A stretch of DNA of 64,000 nucleotides from the NCBI RefSeq assembly GCF_009914755.1, contig NC_060934.1, one strand, 5' to 3'. Position 1 is the stretch's first letter, and each line of letters starts with the position of its first letter. Below, piece after piece: positions 53,381 to 64,000 of this stretch. Made by a program: the position numbers and the translations under genes. The notes below the pieces were generated by a model. That model was not told the DNA's origin and did not search any database. It worked only from the letters and a program-made list of their open reading frames with translations. The stretch comes from the human T2T-CHM13v2.0 reference genome, Homo sapiens.

Positions 53381-55343
53381 AAATGAAGATGCAAAGCAAA
53401 AGCACAAGTCAAAATATCAAAAGCCTATGACCCTAACTTTCTGAGTAAAAAGCAAAGGTGAAATTTGGGAAGGGGAAATAGTATAGGTTCTATCATTAGT
53501 GTTCATCCTATCGCTGGCAGATCCAGAATTTTGGAGCAGAGACTCAGCAGAAAAAAAGAAGAGGAAAGGTTAGAGGCCTGAGATTATTTCAGGACTGATT
53601 CTTTTTGGGGGGAATTGCCTTAACCAATGTCAAATGCTGCAGGAAAATTTTGTATGAAGTTTGACATAAAACGCTATAAATAAAATATTTTAACTTGAGT
53701 TCCCTGTTTAGAAAGTAGAACTTTAAGAATATATTAAAAATCAATATATTCCTACCAAGGGTTTTGATAGCAACTGACTAAAAACACGAATAAAAGCTCA
53801 GCATTATCACATATTTATTGAGTCTCAACACTAGACAATACCATTTGAAGCACAAAGACATGTTATCTCGATAGCTGTTATTATTTACATGCAGTCAAGG
53901 TTTTCAGGTGTCTAATGATAAACTCCTAAAAGCAACCAACACACATCAGGAAGGTTACTTTGGCAACCATGACTAATCAACCACATGTACATTTTAGGAT
54001 GACAGCCGACTGTCAGTGATAACACTTTTAGATTGACATAGGAGGAAAAATTGGCATTCTGACCATTAATAGAGTGGGAACACACTTAAGGTAGGCAGAA
54101 ATAAATGCTGCAGTAGAATGTGTTCTAAAATTCTACTTACAAAAAAAATCATTATGGCTCAAATAACTCCATTAGTTTCCAGAGGATGTTTAATATTCTA
54201 TCAGGGACTGAGCTTTCACAAGGTTGAAGCTTTAGTTGCCTACCATTATCTTTATCATAGTATTGTATGGTCACGCCCAATTGAATGTAGGTACACAGAT
54301 ATTTCAAATGGGGGCTTTCAGGGCACTAGAAAACTCTTAATGAACTGTTCCATGAATGCCTTTTCAATAAATAGATATAGAAGATACTATTCAAAAGTTG
54401 AAGCTTAATTCATTGATCTCATTTATTAGGTAGATGTGGAGAACTGAGAAAATGGGAATACTATGTGGTCTTGCTCATTCCCCTTCAACTATATCACATT
54501 GACATATCCAACTCCCTTGATTTTTAAGGCTGAGTTTAAGTTGGTGGTCTTCTGAGAAAGTTAATTGAAATGTCACTTTTTGTATAGACCAGACCAATAC
54601 CCTACATACTGGCTTTCGTTCTGCAGGATAATTTAGTATGTAAATAATATGCTGAGCAGCAAACTGGAATCCTTTCCTATTATTTCAGTATGGATAGGCA
54701 GTTGGATTACAAACACCACACTATAATTAGCATATTTGCTCCAAAATAGTTCATTTATTTAGGATGAATACATGCAGACATAACATGACTCCAAAAAGGT
54801 GTACTGTGTATTTTTTGCATTAAATCATTGGACCCTACCAGAGATAGTGATCCATATAATGTAGCTTCTTTTGGCCTGACTTTAAAGATTGAGTGAAATA
54901 CTCCATTTCCTTCTGCTTAAAGAACACTATAATACAATTTATGACATTATTTTGTAATTTTGTATCCTGGCTTGTCTCTTCTTTTGACTGAAAACTCTTT
55001 GAGAACAGCAATTCTATATGTATACATTTATATCTCCAGTATCTATCTCAAAGTAAATGTAAAAAAGTTTGCTGAATGTAAGAATAATATAAAACACGTA
55101 TTAATTAGAATTACTCCCACTTAGTGGAGTGAACTGTTCCATGGCTTCTGATAGTCCTGATGTTCTGATGTTCCTGTTGGCTTCTGACAGTCCCTCTGAT
55201 GTGTCTCAAGGTGTGCCTCACACAGCCTCTCGGTAAGCAGGGCTAGCTTATAAGTAAATAAACTGTAAGTGAAGGGGCAGTAACTATTCCCCCTCTCTTC
55301 CTTTCTCTCTTTCTCTCCCCCTCCCTTTCTCTTTTGTTCGTAG

Positions 55344-56135
55344 ACTCACACTCACTGTGAATTATACATTTTCCAATGTTGCCTTGAAACAATCTTACCT
55401 TTTGTAATTTTCTCTACCCAGACTCCTAATATAAGCCTCAGATCTAAGATACTGAATTTTCGATTCATCACAGTGGACTGGTGATTCCCCGTGTTCCTTG
55501 TCTTGATTGACTAATTCCTGAGAACTGGCTGATTGAGCCCCACCCAGGCTGTCTAATCCTAGCCAGATCTGCTTAAATTCTCTTATTAACATGATAAACA
55601 AGGATTTTTCTTAAATTTTGTGCATTGTCTTTATGCCAAGGAATATCTAGAAATTGGGCCAACTACATATGTTGTCTTCAAGAAAAGCTTACCAATCGCT
55701 TTAGGGAATCAAAATGTATAGGTACACTTCTCCATTGTGACCTTGTTTCCCATGTTTTTTCAGAGAGAAATATTTACTTTGCAGGTATCATTTAATTTTG
55801 TATTAAAAGTCCCATTGTTCTCAAGGCAAATATTCTACTCCTCCTTTGGATGAGCAAACTATGGCTTTGAAGTTTTGTTTGAACCAGCAAAACATAGAGC
55901 CTGGATAAAAATTCACATTTACTTTATCCTTGAGACTCCTCAAAGACTCTCCAAATAACAACTTATCTCAGAAAAAGAACTTAACAATTTTATGAATTCC
56001 ACTTGGGTCACAAGAAGATGCTATGTTATTCATGCTGTTCTCAAATAAAAGGATGTTATGGTGATTTGAGAGGATTTATGTGTAGTAGCAACAATATAGT
56101 AGATTCCTGATAAGAATAAAAGGCTTTTGTCTAGA
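55344..56135 (+). other. Candidate terminal exon of a non-coding transcript
   Basis: Preceded by a 111-nt intron-like segment (TCG|gtaagc, 'gtaac' branch, ~50-nt pyrimidine tract, cgtag|). AATAAA lies at 56115-56120. Confidence 0.3.
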
Positions 56136-56979
56136 TTTTCAAGTGATTGTGATGTGAAAAAAAAAATGGAAAAGGCTTTTAGAAATGTTTATTTTAAAAA
56201 AATGGTGTATATCTTTGTCCCTGTCATTTTTATTGACACGATTTGTGTATATAAAGGGACTCTGACATGAGTAGATATCTCATAGTTCATTTTAGGTCCC
56301 TCTTATATTGGAAGTTTATCTTTATATTTTTATTCATTATTTCATTTCTCCCAGAAATCTAGGCGGTTTCTTTTCTATGAAAAATATCTTTTAATTTGAT
56401 GAGCTAGGAAGCTATATCTTAATAGATCTCATGATAGACAGACATAATAAACATTTATTTAAATTGATGTTGCAAAGGCAAAATAAATGTCATTTTTAAA
56501 AAATTACGAGATGACCTTTTGAAACAAGGCTAATGCTCTCATACCAAAATGTATAAGTGATATAGAAAACATTACTTTTCATTTGTCATGATCTGCAACC
56601 ACACACATGACATTTCTATTTGAAAAGGTCAGGAGGGATGACGTGATTGCTTACCAAGATTAACACTACAATTTAAATTAGATATTTTACGAGTGTATTA
56701 TTGAAATTTTTTTAATGATCACTGGGGAAAATTGATTAATACATCAGAAAATTTCCCATTCTAAAATTATCATGGCCATGTGCAATCATCTAAAATAGAA
56801 GGTGGTAAAATGTTTGGTCTCATAATTTTTCTTCTGGGTGCTATCTTGAGCTTGCATAAAAATATTTCTGACCCCGCTTCCACAGAACATATATGGCCCA
56901 TGCTTTAGTTGTGCACCTTAACTTTTAAAATATGACAAATTCATCTTCTGATCTGTTGATTGTCAAAAATATATGGAGT

Positions 56980-57168
56980 TGAGATGGGCAAACTTTATTC
57001 TTAAGGCACCAATTAGTATATGTTTTAGATTTCATAGGTTACTCAACTCTGCAGTTACAGCATGAAAGCAGCTGTAGAAAATACACAAACAAATGTGTGT
57101 GGCCATGTTCCAACAGAACTTTATTTAGCAAACAGATGGTGGCTGGATGGGCTGAAGTTTGACTCCTA
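56980..57168 (+). mobile_element. MER58A (hAT-Charlie)
   Basis: 'ggcaaactttattcttaagg...tactcaactctgc...gcatgaaagcagctgtaga...ggccatgttccaacagaactttattta'. Confidence 0.8.
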
Positions 57169-57391
57169 AAAGAATACCAGCATTTTACAGTTTTGAAACA
57201 TAAAATTTCTTTGAAATCTTAATATGCAAATTACCAAATAATCTATTGTGAACAATATTACTCATGGGGCTTTCCTTGAAGGAGAAGCAGTCCTTCATTT
57301 CTTTCACCAATTACCCAAGCGTTTTGTGGAAAATAGTATTTCTATACAATATTCTTAGATTGGTTTGTAGTTAAAATGAGTTTGGCAAATA

Positions 57392-58248
57392 CAGTAGCCC
57401 TCCCTTATCCACAGGATATGTGTTCAGTACTCCCAGTGGACGCCTGAAACTGTGTATAATGTCAAACCCTATATATGCTGTTTTCTCAGACACCTACAAA
57501 CCTATGATAAAGTTTAACTCATTAATTAGTCACAGTGAGAGATGAACAACAATACATAATAATAAAATAGAACAGTTATAAAAATATACTATAATAAAAG
57601 TTATATGAATGTGGGCGCTCTGTCACTCGCTCTCACTCTCTTTCAAAATATTTTATTGTACTGTATCCACCTATTTTCTTTTTTAAATTTTTAATTTATT
57701 TTTTAACTGCCAAGTCAAAATTGCATGTATTTATGGTTTACAATATGATGCTTTGATACACGTATACATTGTGGAATGGCTAAATCAAGCTATTTAAATA
57801 TGCATTACCTTACAGACGTAACTTTTGTGGCCAGAACACAAAATTTACTCTCTTAGCAATTTTCAAGTATGCAATATATTGTTATTAACCACAGTCACCA
57901 TGATATACAATAGATCTCTTCAACTTATTCCTTCTCCGTTACTGAAATGTAACAAACCTGCCCGTTCTGCACATGTATCCTATTACTTAAAGTAAAATTT
58001 AAAAAAATAAAAATAAAATGCAGGTTCCTCCTGCCAAAAAATAAAAAAATAAAATAAAAAAGACAAATACTTCACGATCTAACTTATTATGTGGAATTTT
58101 TAAAAAATCAAACTCAGAAACAGAAAAATGATGGTTACCAGAGGCTAGGGTTTGGGGGATTGAGAGATTTTGGTCACCTATTTTCAAACTGTGATTGTGG
58201 GTAACTGCAATTACAGAAAGTGAAACCACAGATTAGTGGAGATTACTG
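57392..58248 (+). mobile_element. MER44 (Tigger7-derived), split by an L1 insertion
   Basis: TA|cagtagccctcccttatcc...gattactg|TA termini; the sequence resumes at 58175 after a duplicated 'cacctattttc'. Confidence 0.88.
57679..58174 (-). mobile_element. 5'-inverted (twin-primed) L1MA insertion carrying an L1PA 3' tail at the inversion junction
   Basis: Antisense L1MA 3' end at 57679-57947; L1PA-type tail at 57948-58018 (+); sense L1MA segment at 58061-58174; 11-bp TSD cacctattttc at 57668-57678 and 58175-58185. Confidence 0.8.
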
Positions 58249-59712
58249 TATTGGATTTAAAAAGCACAGTAAGTCTTTTCTGGAGCAGGATTTGTCCTAA
58301 CTTTTAATACGATAAAATGTACCATGTATCTTCAAAAGGGGAAAGGAGAAATTTTCTACGCTTATTTTGTGTTTTAGCCGCTTCCTTTTTTTTAAAACAA
58401 TATTTTTTTTCATGGATTGCTATCTGTGGGACACGGTTTGCAAGAAAATTACTTTTAGTTTAATTTGTGAGGTAGTGATTTGTTTTTTAATGATTTAAAA
58501 CATTATTTTAGTGTTTTTTGGTTGTTTCTTTTTACAATTGGGAAGTATTCATATTAGTTCTTTAAAAAATTGTGTTACCTCACAATATATATGATTTAAA
58601 TCTTTGCCTTTACGAAAGGTTTGAGGTTAAGATAAAATGGAGAAAGGTGAGATGACATTGTTGTCATCACACTCTTTATAAAAACTTCACAGGTAGAAGG
58701 GAAACTGTACGCGCCTGTAAAAGATCTCACAATTAGCACTTGCACACTATAATGTTGTTGGACATTTAATGCAACTTTCAGACACCTTTTCCACTGCTGC
58801 CTCCAAGTGAAAACAATTGTATCAATACTAAAAGTAATATAAATTAAAGTACACTCAGTAATATGTATATACATTTTTCTTTTCTTAATTCAATTCTCAA
58901 ACTTTTAATTGCTATAATAATTTCAAACAGGCTTACTTCATATAGTAACTCTTTTGTTAACAATTTTTTATCAAAATAATTCCTGTAAAGATATACCACT
59001 TTTAGAGAGAAACTCTTCTTAAAATTTTATAATGGCATTTTTTGCAAAAGACACTGAAGAGTACAGTGTAAAATATGACATTCAATTAAAAGTTCAGGTT
59101 ATAATAGATTCACACTTTTTAGGAACACAATCCACTTCATTCAGAGATTATTATATGGAACTAATGTAAAGTACATGCCATATTTGGATGAATCCACAAC
59201 AATATGCTTTGCATACTTAATCAAGGATGTGGGATAAACAAGGATTATCTTCCTTAACTTCAGTTTCTTGCACAAGTATGTCATTTCCAAATATTTTGAA
59301 GCTCTCCTACTTTTATTTTTCTCTTACTGGTTTTCTGTCTTAAAAGTGATTTTCAGTGTATTTTAAATTCAGTATAACCAAAAGCTCCTGATTGAGAAAA
59401 ATGATAAATAAAAGAGCAAAAATAAGACTGCACTTTCTGATAATACTCTCATATCCCTGTTCACCAACTACTAACCGCTGTCAGCCTATACCTTCCTCTT
59501 TGGAGATTACAACAAAGAGGCATCGTAATTATTCAAAGACTACATGCTTATGTTTAAATTATTCTTTACTACTTAGACAAACTCTTTCTCTTTTGCTCAA
59601 ATGATATATATTTTTTTCTCTCTGTTAAAATTTCTTGAATTTCTTTGGCTATGATATAGTATATTATATTTTCTGAAACAATAATAAAAATATTTTCTGC
59701 AAATGGCTTTTA

Positions 59713-60105
<393 letters not shown>

Positions 60106-60369
60106 TTATTAAGGTCGGCCAAATATTCCCAGTTAGTTTTAAGTTCTTAGAATGTAGAAATTATGTCTCATATGCCTTCTATATGACATAGTATTATGCT
60201 GGATACCTGGTATATTGATGGAATGGTTAAACTTTCTCAGGGAACAGCTGATTATGCTTTCCTATGGCACTTATTCCTTGAAGATTTTTATTTCGAAAAA
60301 ACAATTTCTCTGAGAATGCTCCTTTATAATAAAGAGTTGCTGGGAATTACAGTAATAGAAATAAGGTGG

Positions 60370-60590
60370 AGAAAGCACACAATGTGTGCTCAGAGGACAT
60401 GAGTATAAGTTCTGCCACTGTGGTTACTAGTAGTTTCACCATTAGCAATTTAGATCACTTTTCTGAGACTCATTTGTCTCATCTTTAACGTTATAATAAT
60501 AGGCCCAATTTTTCAATATCATTGTGGAGATTAAGTGAAAACATGAATGTGCACATGTGGCAGGAACATCTAGTGAGCCTTCATGTTCTA
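60370..60590 (+). mobile_element. MIR
   Basis: 'ttctgccactg...cacttttctgagactcatttgtctcatctttaa...ttgtggagattaagtgaa'. Confidence 0.65.
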
Positions 60591-60722
60591 AATGGGCAAA
60601 ATGAACACAAATTAACAAATAGACGGAAAATAAAATGTCAAAGCATATAGCAAAGAGAAATTATCTTTAGCTAAGAGTGTCCAAGACAAAGGAGGTGGTA
60701 TATGAACTGGAGGTTGCTTTGT

Positions 60723-61074
60723 TCTATCAGTTCGTTTCACACCTCTGTAAAGAACTACCTGAGACTGGGTAATTTCTAACGGAAAGAGTTTTAATTGACT
60801 CAGAGTTCTGCAAGGCGGGGGAGGCCTCAGGAAACTTACAGTCATAGCAGAAGGCAAAGGGGAAGTAAGGCATATCTTACACGGTGGCAGGATGGGAGGG
60901 AAGTACTACACTTTTAAACCATTAGCTCTCATGAGAACTCACTCACTAACAGGAGAACAGCATGGGGGAAACCGCCCTGATGAACCAATCACCTCCCACC
61001 TGGTCCTGCCCCTATACATGGGAATTACAATTTGAGCTAAGATTTGGGTGGGGCCACAGAACCAAACCAGATCC
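60723..61074 (-). mobile_element. THE1D/MSTA-type MaLR solo LTR
   Basis: 'aagaactacctgagactgggtaattt...gaggcctcaggaaacttaca...gatttgggtggggccacagaaccaaacc'; perfect 5-bp TSD tttgt. Confidence 0.92.
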
Positions 61075-63039
61075 TTTGTGGAATGTTGAAAGTAGAACAC
61101 AGTGGAACGCATTTCAGGTGAAAGGGGATATGTTAATAAAGGTCAAAGTGTAGTGAGTAGAAGGAAAGTTACATCAGGGAAGAGAAAGTAGGCATCTTTG
61201 GCAAATGATGGGAAACTTGCTTTGAAGAAAGCTATAAAGGCAAATTGACATAGATCTGAGTGGACACTAGTACTACACTAAGAATTTTAGATTTATTTTT
61301 GGAAATTGGTACAAACTTTGGGTGGTGGACTCTCTAGGACATATGAATTACTGGATAAACATTAATGGAAGATGAAGGTGGAATACAGATAATTTCAAGA
61401 TTGCCTGAAATGTGATGCCGATAGCAGGAAAGAGAGAGAACAGGAATGGGGCAGACAGATTTCAATTCCAGAACTCGAAAACAAAGATTAATATAGAACA
61501 TTATAAACATATTCAGGAAATCAAATAAATTTAAAGACACATAAATTTGGTAGAGTCGTACATTAACACCTGACTGTGTTTGAGTTGACTGGGATTCTTT
61601 AATCATGAACCCATTTTGTGATTTCAAGTTTATTTCCCAATGAGATAGGAATTTTAAAAAAAGCAAAATTAAGCCTTTGGTTGGATGTTGATTTTAGGAG
61701 CTATGGTAAATAACTATCTATTGTGTTCACCTCATTTCATTTTGCTAATTGCAATAGGATAAGAGCAGCTTTAAATTTCTACCTCTCAAATAAGAAACCA
61801 TAAGATTGCACAGAAGAATTCTCATATCGTTTAGTTCAAGTTCTTTGTTTTACGGAGGTCCAGATGACTGAAGTATACTGAGCAAGCTCTTCAAAAGCGG
61901 GTTTGCTAATCTTTTTAAAACATGGTTTAAAACTTTCTTATTTTATTGTAGAAAACGTCACAGTATATGACAATAAAGAACAGAAAATAATTAACATTAA
62001 GACAATTCAGGAATTCTACCTACCTTCCCAGTGATCCCTTAGACAGGCTTTTAATGCTTTACCTAGGGCCTAAAATGTTTACAAATTTGCTAAAAGACCT
62101 AGGTTAAAAATGGATTAATTTCTAGAGACTGAAATTCCAAAGAAAGAAAACCAGGAAAAAAAATAAATCTAAATCACAACAACAACAAAAAGAAAAATCA
62201 GCACATGACTTTTGTTCTTAAAATAATTTTTAAGATTATGTTTGCTAAATGTACTATTAAGCCAAGTAAAAGAAATCAATGTAAAAAATCTAGAAGTAAA
62301 ACAGAAGGCTTATGAATCACATCACTACATCAAGAATATTTCTTTTTCAGCATTGTATTTTTTGCACATATGGAAAAGAGAAAAACAAATATGAAAATGT
62401 AAATCTAAGAGTTACCAAGTAAATATCTCGGTTTCACCATAAGTGATATATAAGATGTATATCCTTTTAAAGTGGTTTGACTTTTCAACTTTTTTAATGT
62501 ATTTAAAAAATTAAAAAAATATGAAAGACTGGGTCCAGATATGCAATGATACTAATAGTGATAAAAATATATATTGAACAATGTCAGATATATTCATTTA
62601 GTTCCATGTGTATCAATTAAAAAAATCATATCTCTCCTTGAAAAATATAGAAATATTACTAACCTTCCTTTTATATTTTGGAAAATTTGTTTATTTCTAA
62701 TTCCCTAAGTACTTTTCTTTTTATTCAGATCAAACACTCTTCTCTGAATCTTTTTCCTCCTTGAAGCATTTGGATATAAGTCTGTAGAAGGCAGTTTTTT
62801 CAGGGGTGACTTACTTGATGAAACACAAAAGAGGACAACTGTCCCCACTAAAAGATAATACCTGAAACAGGTCAAGCATTTTATGCAGATTGTGACTTGG
62901 AGCACCCATTCAATAAGAACAACAACAAAATAACACTACCATGATTTCAAAGCAAGCTTGAGAGGTTGGCAGTAAGACAGTAGCATCAGCAATATAGTAT
63001 GTGAAGCAAACCACACTTCCCCAGAAACTATTTAAAATT

Positions 63040-64000
63040 AAAATTATAAAAAGCATGACTTAAAATAATTTCCAAGTTCTTTATGAAGCAGTTAGCTAGA
63101 GACAATGCATCGCATCAAATGCCTATATCAATAAAACTTAACATAATTTGATTATAAAACATAATTTAAAAATCTAAAAAAAATTCAACAGAATAGGTTG
63201 AAAGAAAGCAGAAGGAAGTAATGACAAAAATAAAAGCAAAATTTAATAAGGTATAAATCGGCAAAGTAACAATTCCAGAAGCTGCCTCTTAAAAAACAAA
63301 ACACTTAGCTACCCTAATTAAAAAGTGAAAGAGAAGAAAGTGCTAATACACAATATTTGAAATTATAAGGTAAAATGTCATGTAAAAAAAGAAATTTTAT
63401 AAAAACATAGAAAACAACTTTTCTAACAATTTGCAAATGTGCTTGAAAATCCAAGAAATTAATAATTTTGTAGGAAAATAAAATTTACCAAATTGTCTTC
63501 AGTAGAGGCAGAGTCTTAAAAAATTCTCAAAAAGAGAAGAAATAATGAATATAGTCAAAAAGTCTCTCCATATTATATTTTTCTAGAACAAATCAACAAA
63601 ACTATTCAAGAATAGACAATCTCAAACTATCCACATCACAGAAAAGGAAAGAACTATCTAATCATTTCCATGAAGTGAGCATGACTTTAATTTGAAAATA
63701 TGACAAATATTTCACAAAAAAATCTTAAATTCTAATTTAAAATATAAAATCTGATTTTTGATTATAATACTGTAAAAATATTGCAATTTTAGCATTAAAA
63801 TATTAAATAATTTTAAATAGCAAAAAGAATAAAATAATTATGTTTAATAATCAAGAATGAAAGGGTGTTTTAATATTATGAAATATATTAATATAATGAA
63901 TTATATTAAAGAAATACAGGGATAAGCATATTGCTATTTCCATGGTGTCTATCTATCATTATGTATCAAACTACTTCAAAACTTACAAAACAACCAATTT
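63040..64000 (+). mobile_element. Highly degraded L1ME-like ORF2 fragment
   Basis: A-rich L1 motifs 'aaactattcaagaatagac', 'atcatttccatgaagtgagcatgactttaat', 'caagaatgaaagggtgttttaatattatgaaata'. Confidence 0.55.

Noticed and set aside
55395-55601. Minus-strand 68-aa ORF ending at a good donor (AAG|gtaaga)
   Set aside because: The acceptor at 55568 has almost no pyrimidine tract and the peptide is unrecognised; not enough for a CDS call

Overview
AT-rich, CpG-poor primate genomic DNA, most likely human or another ape (AluJ/S/Y, THE1/MST, LTR22 and L1PA16-type elements are present). It looks intergenic or intronic. I recognise no intact protein-coding gene, tRNA or rRNA. The listed ORFs come from Alu, L1, LTR or Tigger sequence, or are chance ORFs. 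Roughly half the window is transposable-element debris: an ERV1 mosaic at 1-6169 with degraded protease and integrase, solo LTRs, an ERVL remnant, old L1s, L2/MIR, and Tigger/MER/MADE1 DNA transposons. The most striking unexplained structure is a near-perfect 114-nt hairpin (6020-6133, 41-bp perfect arms) inside an old ERV1 LTR, with the LTR poly(A) signal in the stem. Other points of interest are a miR-548-like MADE1 hairpin, a twin-primed L1 inversion with a captured L1PA tail inside MER44, candidate lncRNA splice signals, and an enhancer-like GATA/TBX/MEIS/NKX motif cluster. I find no convincing evidence for a wholly new biological system. Repeat subfamily names come from recalled consensus motifs and most boundaries are approximate, so confirm them with RepeatMasker/Dfam.
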